Positions 12,414 to 25,074 of a DNA stretch of 64,000 nucleotides are shown here, piece by piece. Made by a program: the position numbers and the translations under genes. Source of the stretch: Lepidodermella squamata (taxonomy: Eukaryota; Animalia; Gastrotricha); contig JBLDXI010000015.1 in the NCBI GenBank assembly GCA_047495785.1, positions 248,001 through 312,000 on the forward strand, in the 5' to 3' direction. Below the pieces are notes generated by a model. The model was not told the origin of the DNA and ran no database searches. It saw nothing but the letters and a program-made list of their open reading frames with translations. How positions within the stretch are numbered: the first letter of the stretch is position 1; every line of letters begins with the position of its first letter.

Positions 12414-12952
12414 ATGGTTCGTCGCTCCTAAATTATTGCTACAAAATCATGGGAAATTTAAGGACAAATAAGCTGATTTTCATTTTTCATTCTATGCCTT
12501 AGGAATGAAGAGTATCAGGAATTGGTTCAGTCGATAGGATTTCAAGTGCAAAACGAAAAACCAGACCTTTAACAATGAATTTATTTATTTTCCGTTTTTC
12601 ATTTGGCAGCTTATCAACTCACATTGGTTTCAGAACGCAAAAATAAGAAATTAAGACAACTCAACAAAATCGAATCAATCCACATACAGAAAAAGTCAGG
12701 AGATCATTCAAATACGTAAATGGTTTGAAACATTAAGTGTCACGGAAAATAATATGATAAAATTAAATTCAACAACTAAAACTAAACAAGATTATGAAAA
12801 TAGAAATTCAGGCCTAGAAATCCCAAGAATAAACTGAAGTATCCTCCAATTCCTAATTCGAAATTTTCCCATCAATATTCGGCATATTTGTAAATTTCCA
12901 ACTATTTTGAATAAAATCTAACTTTTGAATGTATTCCAGCTTTCAACGTGTT

Positions 12953-15900
12953 CTACTTGTTGAAAAGTTTCACAAGACATTTCAGTTGATAGTCATCAGG
13001 AGCGTGACGAAACGGTTGCTGTCCATCCAACCGATAAGACGCAACATGCAAGGTGTTTTTCACCGAATAACCATGAATTTTTTCCTCGATCTCCTGCGTG
13101 GCCGCATGCGACGAAACGGTTATCACACCGTCGAAGCCTAGCGATTTAGCCAGGCGTAAAAATTCCGTCTCCAGCGCGTTTAAAATCAACGACCGTTCAA
13201 CAGGTGATTTTACGTCATTTGCGACTGCCACGAATTTGAAATCGGCGAAACGGCCGCCTCGTCGCTGCAACTCAGCCTTGACCGGGGCTTCGACATCGTC
13301 GTTGACTTGCAAAACAGCTTGGGATAGGCCTAGCGCGACTGCGTCTATGTCGCATGGTGTTGCCATGTCGAGGTTCAGCATGACCCCGGCTATGTGAGGC
13401 TGTTGTGAGATGTTGTTTGATTGCTCCGAGTCGAAACAGACCAGAGAGAGGCCATCGGCAATGAAGTCCTTCCACAGCGCTGTACATAAATAAAAATAGA
13501 CATAAACATAAGCATAAGTCAGGTGGATGATATCTTCAAGAGCTTTGAGGGAGCTAGAGAGGTCCATGCATGGAACCTCACAGAACTAGACCCTTTTGAG
13601 TCTGCAAAATCGGTTCGGAACATAGCCGTACTTCTAGGATCCTGCTTCATTCACTGGTTTTGCAATTTGGGTATAAATAGTGGAAAAGTGGCATGGCAAC
13701 TTGGAAAATTTGGTACAAAGGCGGTTGCAAGGGCAGCTTTGATCTTCGAGGTAAAACTCCTAGTATACCGAATCCCAGGGCACTTCGGGTTTCAGTGTCG
13801 ATGATGAAGTGAAATGCCTGCAATTGCGAAGAATCAGAAGCCCAAGAATCTACAATTCAGTAGAGGAAACCAGTGTGGAGCATATTTCCAGTTTACTGTT
13901 TTGTCTCGAATTATCTTGCCTGGACCCCCTGGAAAAGGGGTACGATACCCCCAGTGCGCGACGTAGGATCCTCGAACTAGGGGGTATTTTCATGCCAAAA
14001 ATGTATGACGGTGAAGTTTCCAGCCGGAAGTGAGAGAGGGAGGAAGGGGGGGGGGGGGTACAGGGGTAGCTCTAACGATCCTGGCAAAAAAGACCCGAAA
14101 AAACCACACGGACCTTATATGCTAAAATTCGAGGCTGAAAATACCCGATGGTACCCTCCTATAGCTGGAGGATCCTTCTTCGCGCTATGGGTCAAATCAC
14201 ACAAATCGATTTGCAAGGTTGACAAGAGAGGTCGCCATCTTTTTCCCAAGTTATGTAACTTTGTACCAACTTTTTTGTAACTCCCCCAAGTTTTCCGCCT
14301 AGCTTAGTAACTTCTCACCTCGCATCATTTTTGCGAAAGTCGTTTTCGGCGTAGCGTTCATCACATCGAGCGGGTTCGTCGTAACAAACGCATCCGAAAT
14401 GACATCGACCACCTCATCCGTCCTCTCGGGGCCAACATCAACCAACCGCGCCAGTTTGTACCGGCCATAGGTCACCATCGGCATAGCACCCGTGCTGCTG
14501 CGCGGCGCCACGGCCGGCCTAGGCGGCGGCGGGGGCCTGTTCGCCTGTTGGGTGCTGGGTGCTCCGGGTGCTCCGAGGGTGTTCAGAAACTCGGCGAGCG
14601 ACTTCGCCGCCAGCAGCTGGTCCAAATCCGCCGAAGCGTGACCGGCCTGTTGCAGGTACGCGATGGCCATGACAGCGTTCAGCGAGTTGCCGCCCATTTC
14701 GAAGAACGACCGACCGCCGTCCAGCGCCTCGACGCCCGGGTGACCCAGCGCCCGGGCGATGGCGTTAGACGCCGCGCTCGCCGCAACGGGTTGCTTCGGC
14801 GTTTTCCCCATCCGTTCGGTGTAAATTTCGATCAAGCGACGCCGGTCGACTTTGCCTGTCGCTGGTTGAAGGGGTAGAGTTGGACCTTCGATGGGTAGGG
14901 CTTCGAACTGAACGTAGTCGGCGAGATATTTTCGCGTTTTGGCAATTATTTCGGCCGGCCGTAGCGTTGATGAATTTGCGTAGAATGCGATAAGGGCTAC
15001 GTCGTTAGTACCTGTTAGGCGAATTAAGGATACAAATAAGACAATTTTTCCCGAAATTGAAATTGAAAAATCTGAATTAAAAAATTTTAAGAATTTTAAA
15101 AAGATTTTAGAATTGTCTAAGAAATTCAAAAATTAAAAAATTTGCAAATTTGAAAATTCAAAAACTGTAAAAATTTGAAATTTCAAAAAATTTAAAAATT
15201 CAAAAATTTAAAAATTTAGTTTTGCGTGAATTTTTTTAAACTGCCGGTATTTTGAGTGTGCAGCCGAAATATTTACCTGGTCTTGGAACTGCAAGCACAG
15301 CAGCTTGGCCATTCAACTGCGGGCACTGCGTAGTAATCGCGCGTTCGAGCTCAGCCAAGCTGATCTTCTGGCCTCGCAACTTCACGATGCCATCCTTTCT
15401 GCCCTCGTACACCAGCCGGCCATCGACAATGCGGGCGTAGTCCCCGGTACGGTACAGCACCGCGTGGTTGTTCGGGTTGCTCCCGGCCGCAGCCGTGAAC
15501 GGGTTCCGCACAAAGGCGTCGACGGCTGCCCCGGCGCCCTGGGTCGTCGACGCCGAGACGTAGCGCGAGGCGACGTTGAGGCCCGAGACGAAAACTGCGC
15601 CCAGCTGCCCAGGTGAGGTGACTAATTGATAGCTGTTGGACGAGGATGAGGGCGATGATGACTTCGATGACTCGGAATCGTCGGCTAGCAGGTAGATGTT
15701 GGTGTTGTAGATGGGCCGGCCGATGGATAGCTTGTAGTTGACGGTTGTTCGTTCGACTTCGTCTCGGGAATGCAGCAACTGGAATGTCACGTCACCGGTA
15801 ACCTGTTTCACGCAGAATAAGGTTCCAACGTTAGTAATTCACGAAGAAATGAGACTGATAGAAATCATTAAAGGACCTTAATTGTCCATTCCTTTTTACT

Positions 15901-18900
15901 CACTTCACATAGAACCCCATAAGCCCAATATATTCTCTCAAATTTACTATTTTTAGCTGATTTTAAATTTAGGAATTTCTTCATATTTCATTTTCAAAAT
16001 TTCAAAAAATTTTTAAAACATCTCAATTTCAAAATTCAAAATTTGAAAGACTCAATTTTAAATTACTTTTAAAATTTCAAAATTTCAAATTCAAATTCAA
16101 AAAATTCAAAATTTCAAAAAATCTTTTTCATGAGCATTTTAAAATTTAAAATTTTAAAACTTCTTAAAATTCGGCCAATTGCTATTCTTAAAGCCTGATT
16201 TGAATTGAAATTTGAAAAGACTCGATGTTGTTCCAACTCACCTCAGTTGAGCCGTAGAAATTAGCGAGCGTGCAGTGGGGCAGGGCGTCGAAAAAGCGGA
16301 GCGCCAGCGCGTGCTGCAGCGCCTCGCCACTGCACACGACGAGCTTCAAATTCTTCAGATTCTGCACACCTGGTTTGTGCAAACTCGCGAGGTACGTCAG
16401 CATCGAATCTAGAAGGGACGGCACAAGGACGAGCCGAGTCACGCGTTGCCGGTCGACAATCGGCAGCAGTTTCCTGACATCGCCCGAGGTCGATTTATCG
16501 ACGACTATTATACGAACGGCCTCGAGTAAGGGGCCGAATGTTTCTGTGAGGTGGTCGACGAATAGGACGGACCTTTTTGAGAGGCAGCAGTCGCCTGGGC
16601 GGTAGGCGATTTCGAGCCATTGCCACGACAGGCGGTTTAGGATGTTGCGGTGAGAGAGACACACGCCCTTTGGCACGCCGGTTGAGCCGGAGGTGTATAG
16701 GATGATGGCGAGGCGGTCGGTGGGCGACAGGCCTGAGTCTGGGCTCGGGCTAACTGGGTCAGCGCCAACATTCAGTTGAAGCTGAAATGAAAAAATCGGA
16801 ATGATAATAGCGAAAAATTCTTAGAAAATTTCAAAATCTTTCTCATAATATCGAAAATTAGGAATTGGGAAAATACAATGTTTCCCTTATATGTATAAGA
16901 GACGCGAGCAATGAAAAGGATTCAGAAACTCTAAAATGATAGTCGAAGTCACATCTCATGGCCAGAAAAAATTCAGAAAAATTCAAAAAACAAGGTTCAC
17001 GAGAAAAGTAACCAAGTATGTCACTTGTTAATGGGATTAAAGAGGTCGGGAGAAATTCGGTCCAACAGGGTAAAATACCGACAACTACCGGCCCAGTTGC
17101 CATCGGGGTTTTCCGGGTTTTCTGCAAGAAATGTCTTATTTCTTCGGTTAAATCGCAGAATACACATGGAATATCCTCTGCCTCTGTCACGCCAATAGCT
17201 AAAAAACCTAATTCTAAAAAACCTATTGATTATCGCCCTATCTCTCTCACCTCCGCTGCTTGTCGTACCCTTGAAAAAATAGTTAAAAATGCAATTCTAG
17301 ATTTTTTACTAGCTAACTCTATTATCACTTCTGAACAACACGGTTTTCTTCTACGTAGATCTACTGCTTCACAAATGCTAGAATGCACCCACGACTGGTT
17401 CTTTGCCTTGGAATGCGGCGAGTTTGTCGATATTTTATACATAGACTTTGCCAAAGCTTTTGATACCGTTTGCCATTCCAAACTTCTTAAAAAACTAGCT
17501 CAAATAGGTATACAGGGTGATCTTTTGAATTGGATATCCTCTTATCTCTCTAACCGTTCACAATTTGTTGTAGTTAATAATTCTTCAAGCTCACACTCGC
17601 CGGTTACCAGTGGGGTTCCTCAAGGTTCCGTCCTTGGCCCCTTGCTCTTCCTCATCTACATTAATGATATCGTCCCTATCTTACCAGCTGGTGTCACAAT
17701 TAAACTCTTCGCCGATGATTGCAAGCTTTACATTAAATTCTGCTTTAATAATGCTGCTTCTTCTGTCTCGAGACTATCATTAGCGCTTGATAATATCTTC
17801 GCCTGGATAAACGACTGGCAGCTCAGCCTTTCTATTGACAAATGTGGCGTGCTTCACCTAGGCCGTAACAATCCTCAATTTTCTTATACTCTTGGTTCAC
17901 ATCAACTTTCTATCTGTCACTCGTATAAAGACCTAGGTTTGATTATTGATGAAGATCTCACGTTCCGCCCTCATTTTAATACTATTGTTACCAAAGCTTA
18001 TAACTGTGTCAACGCTATTCTTAGAGCCTTTCATGGGCAGTCGCCTTCCGTTCTCACATGGGCTTATCGAGTCTATTCTAGGCCTCTACTCGAATACCTT
18101 CCTTCGATTTGGTCTCCTTACAAAAAAGGCGATATTGAACTCATTGAAAATGTTCAAAAATATTTTACTCGCCGTGCTTTAGGCTTCTCGTCGCACGATC
18201 TCAACCGCCCTTCTTATAAACAAAGGCTTCTAATTCTCAAACTAGATTCTTTGGAAAAACGTCGCATTCTTTTAGATCTCGCCCTTTTATACAAAGTTTA
18301 CTACAAAGCTATCGATTCGTCAATCTCCTTTTATATCGAGCCTCTTGAGACAATAACTCGCGGTCATACTCATCGCCTTAGATATCGACGACCTGATGGT
18401 CGATACCGCAATGCTACCTCTCCTCTTTTTGCCAACTATTTTTTAAATCGTGTTTTACCCATTTGGAATGAATTGCCTGCCTATGTGTTTCCGTCCACGG
18501 ACAATTTCGATTCCAATCTTAAATTTTTTAAATCAAAAATATGTAAACTTGACTTTTCTAAACACTGCACTCTCGACAACTAAATTTAAATACATTTTCT
18601 ACCTAATTTCTCTATGATTTTGATATATGTTGACTCTCCTCTTGACTGTTCTATACGCTATCATATTGACTACTACACGGTTCAGAGTTAGTGGCCTGCG
18701 GGTCCTTCTGTATCCTCGAATCTTTTTTACTGCTTAACTCCCCTGATGAATTTATTTTTCGAAATAAAAAAAAAAAAATAAATAAATAAATATTCTCTCC
18801 GTAGATTTCATTTTTAAAAATTAATGGAATTTCCCATAAAAACTTCAAATCTAAAACGTTGCTAATCTAAAAAATCATTTCGCACCTAAATTGCTGGAAA

Positions 18901-20749
18901 AAATAGTAAAGCCAGTTCCAGCTAGCTACAACGAATCTTCGAATATTCATTCGATATTCGATATTCTAATTCGAAGATAAATTAAAAAAAAACCGAAGCT
19001 TTCATCTACAGTAGTTTTGCGTTAAGCCGGACTTTCATAAGCCGGACTTGCGTTAAGCCGGACCAATTTTTAGTGAATTTAACGTCAAAAAGTCCGGCTT
19101 TTAGAGCAAAGGTTTAGGAAAAATCGCGAAAATCGCACTTTTCATTCTGCTTCTGGGTGGCTTTGACGGACAAATTATTTTTATTTTTGAAAACAACTGT
19201 TTTGAATCGTGGTTTAACCTAAAATCCAGCTTACTATCCCCATTTTGTCAATTCCAAGTAGTTCATTGATGTAAAATGCTGACACCTTAGAATACCTTTT
19301 GAATAAATATGTGTTCAAAAGCAGTATTTTTTAAGCCTGACCGGTCCGGCTTACAATTTGGCGGACTTGCATTAAGCCGGACTAAATCGTCTGGCGCGGG
19401 TCGAGTCCGGCTTAACGCAAAACTACTGTAATTTCCTGAAACCACTTTCAAAAGATCCTGATGAGCCAAAGCTCGAAAGTCGAACTACAAATATTTGTCA
19501 GCAGCGAAATTTTTTTTACCGAATCTGAAGCAGCTCTTACATCAGGCACTCCACCAAGCATAAACACATTTCATATTCCAATTTTTAGCTATTTTCAACT
19601 AAAGAGGAGTTGGGAAAGGTCTCAGAATAAAATATTGAAAATTCGATCGTAGTTCAACCGTATTTTTTATGGCTACTCGTGACTCCCGAAAAATCTAGAA
19701 AATTCATTCATCTGGAAAACTTCGGCCACACCACGAATACGCGAGGATCCTGCTTATCACTTCCCGCCTAGATTCAGGAATTAAAATTCGATAAAATTCA
19801 GGAATTTTGCGAGGATTGAGGATTTTATAGATTGGTATAGTCGAAAATTTGTGTACTCGGAAAATTCCAGCGTGATTTTCAATATTCCTCATCGGAATTT
19901 TCCCAGCACATTCAAATATTCGAATGGGCCTTCGAATGGGTATTTAATTTTGATCATTGAATTAAATTAATTAAATAAAAAAAGAATAGTAATCTAAATT
20001 TGAATTACCGCTGAATTGATGACGACCAGCGTCTCGTCCTTGGTCAAATCCTGATCCGACTGCTCGGTATCCTGCATCAACAGGCTCTCGAAATCCGTCA
20101 CATGAAACTTCGTCCGCCGAAACAAATTCTGAATCCGTGTCCTGTAGTCCGGATCCTGCGCCGAGACGACAACGCCAAACGGCCGATTCTCGTCACACAT
20201 GGCTAGAATGCGGTGATCCGGCAACGCATGATCGAGCACGAGCACAACGCCGCCGAGCTTCCAAATCGCCAACATGGCGACGATGCGAAACTCAGACGGC
20301 GGCATCCAGATGGCGACAACGGGTTGGCTCTTGACAGTCTGCGTCAACTCGAGCGAGGCCGAGCGTGACGTGGGCGGCGACGACGAGGCCGAGACGAGCA
20401 GGGTGTTGCGCAACTGACGAGCCAGCAGATTCGCGTACGAGTTCACCTGGCCGAACGTGAGCACGACGCCCTGTTGCCCGTCGGGGCCTTCGCGCTGTGA
20501 CGCCAGGTTGACAATTGCTGGCAGCTCGGCGACACTGGCGCCGTCTCGCTGCGACCGAACCGTGGCTTCGAAGTACTCGTGCAGGGTGCGCTCGTCCGGC
20601 AGGTCGACGTCTTCGCCGCGCAGCACGGCGAATTCGGCCGCGGCGTTGCTCGGGGTGGACTCGTCGCCCTGGGCGCCGTCGCCTAGGTCACCCGTGTCGC
20701 CCAGGTCCTGGTCGGCTCCGGAACCTTCCGAACTCATCGATTTCGGCAT
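12953..20749 (-). CDS. ebony: Ebony-like single-module NRPS (beta-alanyl-amine synthetase; A-T-amine-selecting domain), about 1008 aa. Exons: 20749-20009, 16781-16242, 15802-15277, 15011-14319, 13479-12953
   Basis: The exons sum to 3027 nt in frame. A-domain motifs: LTFGQVN, ILYTSGSTGVPKG, FVD, CSGEAL, NFYGSTE/VTGDVT, IGRPIYNT, YRTGD, GRKDGIVKLRGQKI, TGKVDR. Carrier domain: FFEMGGNSLNA. C-terminal AANAT-like domain (DAF..TNPL, GLSLVCFD, IAGVMLNLD, AKSLGFDGVITVSSH..TQ) and no condensation domain. Confidence 0.9.
17175..18790 (+). mobile_element. 5'-truncated CR1/L2-group LINE with an uninterrupted RT reading frame, antisense in ebony intron 1
   Basis: DYRPISLTS, QHGF, YIDFAKAFDTV, GVPQGSVLGPLLFLIYINDI, LFADD, YKDLG, RPLLEY..WSP, IENVQKYFTR, RGH, RV..WNELP; stop at 18583, 3' UTR and A/(AAAT)n tail. 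Confidence 0.92.
19009..19428. mobile_element. Tc1/mariner-type MITE in ebony intron 1
   Basis: TIR CAGTAGTTTTGCGTTAAGCCGGACT / AGTCCGGCTTAACGCAAAACTACTG, TA TSD, subterminal taagccggac repeats. Confidence 0.85.
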
Positions 20750-22429
20750 TGCTCAATATAATTCAAAAATCTTCTAAATAAAATTATTTTTCAATAATTA
20801 TCAGGAATAATTAGTCAATTAATTTTGAAAATTTGGGTCTCTTTCGAATTTGAGATAAAATTTAATAATCAATAGGTCGAAGAGTCAACCTTGACCTTCT
20901 GGATCGAATATCTTCAATATTATAGGTCATTTATACGGTGTCCAATTTCAAAATACGGGTTCGATTGAATTCAATAAAAATTTTAAATATTCGAATAGTC
21001 ACTCATGGAATTCAATAAGCAATAGGGTAAAGAGTAAACCTTTACCTTATGGCCGAAGTACCTAAAAAATATTGGTCAAAGATAAGAATACCCAAATTTC
21101 CCAAAATTCGAAAAATTATTAAATTATTAAAAATTAAAGAAATCGAATGTGATTGTGAAAATTCTTGAATACGGGCTAGGAATTCTTGATAGGATTGCCA
21201 GTGATTTCTTTCGCCAAAATATCGCTAAATCTCAGGTCGAAATTGACCAAGCTGTTGCTGAATTGATTGAATCGTCCTGTAATTGATTATAATTCCTCTT
21301 TTCAAACATTTCAATCCGAAAAAGGTCTCAAATTTTGGCAGTGTCGAAGATGGCGGGGAGACCGGGTTACCCTTAAGTTTTTTCCCGGCCCCTACAGAAA
21401 CTTGAGCGATGTAAGGGGGGCCCTTACCTATATCCCCTTTCAGTAAAATTCCCATCTTCTACACTGAATTTTGGAAATGTCAAAGATAATTATTTCGAAT
21501 ATTTCAAATTTTAGAGGAATAAAATCGCTGATCAAATAATGTTGCTGGTTGGCCCGAGACAAAAAGAGAGAAGCATTGAGGTTCGATGTCCCAAAAGACT
21601 TTAATTACTGGGAATCGATCACTTAATAAAGAAACTTATGACGCAGTTAGAGCTGCAACAAGTTGAGTAAAGGGAACAATATGAGAAGAATAATGACGTT
21701 ATTTGACCTCACGCTAGGGACATTTCCGGCAAACTCAATTCGAGTCAAATTTGACCTGATGAAAATAGTCGAAGTGAAATAATAATATAGTTGAGTAATG
21801 ATGGGTCAAATAACCACCTGCATTTAATACAATAAAAATCAAGCAATAAATCTGAAGAATTTCTGAAAAGAGAATCAATCAAATCGGAAAAATGAGATCG
21901 AAATTGTGATTGAAAGAAAATTGCAAGCGTTGTGTCTGGAAAGCATTTGAATTGGTTATTCTGGCGGGCCAATTTTTCTACTACAGGAGGATCTTAGGTA
22001 TGGCTAACGCCGGGTAAAATTTGGCGCTTATCGGGTTATTATTGCGAAATAAAAATTGCAAAGTTAAACTTTCCCTTCGATCACAACCCTTCGAGTGACC
22101 GATAAGATTGACGATGAGTAAATTATCAAATTTCACGCTCGTATTTGTTCGATTTTTCCTACACACCTTGCCCACACATCGCTCTCACTTAGGTTATGAA
22201 ATCAAGTGAAAAATAGCTAATTTTGGTCGCTACAAGTTTTAATCTCTCTAATTGACGAGATTCATAGAAGCCACCTAAAAAATTGATGATATTATCGTAA
22301 AAAATTGCCGAGCGACTGACAGTTTGAGCTATATAGATATGGTAATAATATAAAGTTGCCAGCAAAACGGATGAGATTTTTTTTTCGGTAGCAAAATTCG
22401 TGCATGCGGTTTTGAGGCTCGATGAGTGA

Positions 22430-23290
22430 TTGAAACTTGCCGCATATTACGCACCTGCAGCCGGCGCAGTCGCGGCGGTGCGACACACATATTACGACTA
22501 CGACGGCGGGGGAAAAAATAACGATTTTCCTATAATGCAAGCGCGCTCATAGATAGATAGATAGAGATATGATGCGCGCATTATTATTATTATTGTTTTT
22601 TTCGCTCGCGTGGAGTCGAATTAATAATATCGCCGTATAATATTGGAAAACACGACCGCCGCGCGTTATATTCTGTATAGTAATAATAATAAAAAGTGCG
22701 CGCGTGATGATGAAAGATGCGCACGCTCGCTAAGATATATTATTATGTAAAAATATTTAATTTTTAAATAATAAATTCGAGAACGCGGCCGGCGCGCGGT
22801 TCGATCACGCGCGACCGGCATACACTTGCGTTTTATTCATCGGTCGGCAACAATCTTATTCGCATATTTTATTATCCGCAAATATTTGGCTTTTCGAAGA
22901 AATAAAGTCGAAGTCGCTGTATTATTTTTCAAATAATAGTAGTCTATATATTATGATGTGAAAACTCAGTGAACCGTGACGATTTTTCAGAAACTATTTT
23001 TCTTAACAAAATAATTGAGGAAAAATGGGGCAGGAAATGAAACTTTTATACGCGTCGAAAAATTTGTAAAGAAAATAAATTGAGATTATATTACGAAAAC
23101 CGGCTCGTTTAAAAAAAAATGTGAGCGAAAACGTTTTAGTAAAAGCTTGCGATGTCTGCGCAATATATATATATATATATATCGGCGGCTCGACGTATAA
23201 TAAAAGTAATAAAATCGATTATGTGTGATAAATAATTTATAGCGCGTAAAATAATTACTGGGTGATTAATTGCGGCGTGCGCGATCAGTG
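22430..23290. promoter_or_regulatory. CpG/CGCG-rich, microsatellite-containing segment between the divergent ebony-like and SDR genes; candidate promoter or regulatory region
   Basis: Local cluster of cgcgcg motifs with (ATT)n, (GATA)n and (TA)n in otherwise AT-rich intergenic DNA. Based on position and composition only. Confidence 0.3.
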
Positions 23291-25074
23291 CAAACGGCGG
23301 CTTTTATAAAAAAATTATATTAGCAATTTATTTATTGATTTCAATTCGACGTTCAAAGTATGCCATCAGCTGCCTATAGCATTCAACTCAGATTGTCATC
23401 AATTGGGTCAGATTTGTGGGAGACGCGTTGTAGAGAATTCCAATATAGTTCTATGATACCTATCGGCTAACATAGTTCGACGCAAAATAACGAGGAATAT
23501 TGATGATAGTGAAAAATGAAGAGCAAAGAGATACCGTAGAGTAGGGTAATTTTGGACAATGCCGTTGCTTTTCGAGTACTAAAGTGTAATGATTCCCGAT
23601 TCTTTAGTAAATTACATAGATTTTACGAATTATATCGGGTTTGTCTTATGCGATTAATTTCGCTAAACCAGGCTCTGATTAGGATCCCAACACTTTTACA
23701 GCTTCGACTGATGACACTTCGAAACTTCGTGAAACTGATGGGTTAACATTTTTGTGAAGAAATCGACAAATTGGATTGGGGTTTAATACAATTTGTCCTC
23801 TGATATAACTGAGAGAGAAATGCTGTAGGGGAATTTCCATGCCGAATTTCGTACCTAAATGATCTTTTGTTTGCAACCATTGTGTTCCAAATTTGAGATG
23901 CACTGCTTGTAATATTTCTTGAAAGTAAAGTATTGCTTCAATCACCTTGGGCCTGACGCCACTCGAAAAGTTCTCTAAAAAATTACCTTACGGTAAATGG
24001 TAAATCCCACAACGAATTAAAAATCCAAATCATTCAAGTTTATTAATGAATCAAATTTAAGCACCATGCCAATGACGAGTGGTAGCGGATGCTATGTTGG
24101 ACATTTTTGAATATTTGAAAACGCGACCGAAGGGTGGGATAATCAAACTTCGCAAGCCACCGCCCGCTTCGGAACCGGAAATTTAAGCTTAGTAATTATT
24201 TTCATTTTTAATTTGATCGTGATGTAAAGTTATCAAGTTTGAGTTTCGATCTTCACTTTTGCAGAGCCAAATTTTACCGTATTAATTTGTTCATTTTTTT
24301 CAATATTTGATTAATTCGGAAAAGAAATAATCAGAAATTACGCGTAAATTGAGGAAAAATATTCTGCGTTATTTTTCGTATTTTTATTGAATGGTGAAGC
24401 ATAAGTTCCACCAAACCAGGTTTTGATGAGGGTCCAAACTGTTTTATTGCATTGAACACATTAACACGCCGAGAAACTAGGTTAAATTATTTGAAAAATC
24501 ATTTCAAATTGATTCATTTTCTTAACAAATCTCCAATGCTTTAAATTCGCGGATAAATTTACTGGGATGAAATGAACGAGCAAATGAACCAGGAAATTTT
24601 TCTGATTAGTTTAAACTTCCAAATATTAATCTTGTTTTTTCTCGAATCTTCTCTTAGATTCTTGATTTGGCAGATGCTCTTTATACTTGATCGGTTCTTC
24701 TGATTTCAAGACGCCATTTTTGTCAATGGCGACTGAAATAAAAACGCGAATCGATTTAATATGAATGGCGGTTATTGCGCAAGCAGCGAATCTGAAGCGC
24801 ACGCTCGGCGGGCAGATCGCGTGCGGGCTCAGCCGGAGGCGCCAATATCGCACACAGAAATCGCCGCACTCATTCATTACAACCATTTTTTTTCCTCATT
24901 CTCAGTTTCAATTTCAGCCAATTTATTTATTTCAATTTTCCACATTGATGCGTACTCGTTTAATTTAGCCAAATTAGCAGTGCGTGACCGATTTCTATTA
25001 AAATTCAATTTAATGATGACACCGCCTAATAATGAGGATGTTAATTGCGCCTTTCACTATGTGCCGCGGCTTCG

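Noticed and set aside
12953-20749. Bacterial contamination or recent horizontal transfer of an NRPS
   Set aside because: Four spliceosomal introns containing host TEs, and an Ebony-type architecture already known from animals.
20870-21760. AGGTCA/TGACCT half-sites upstream of the ebony-like ATG as nuclear-receptor response elements
   Set aside because: Isolated hexamers are expected by chance, some lie in repeated palindromes, and the local receptors' P-box specificity is unknown.
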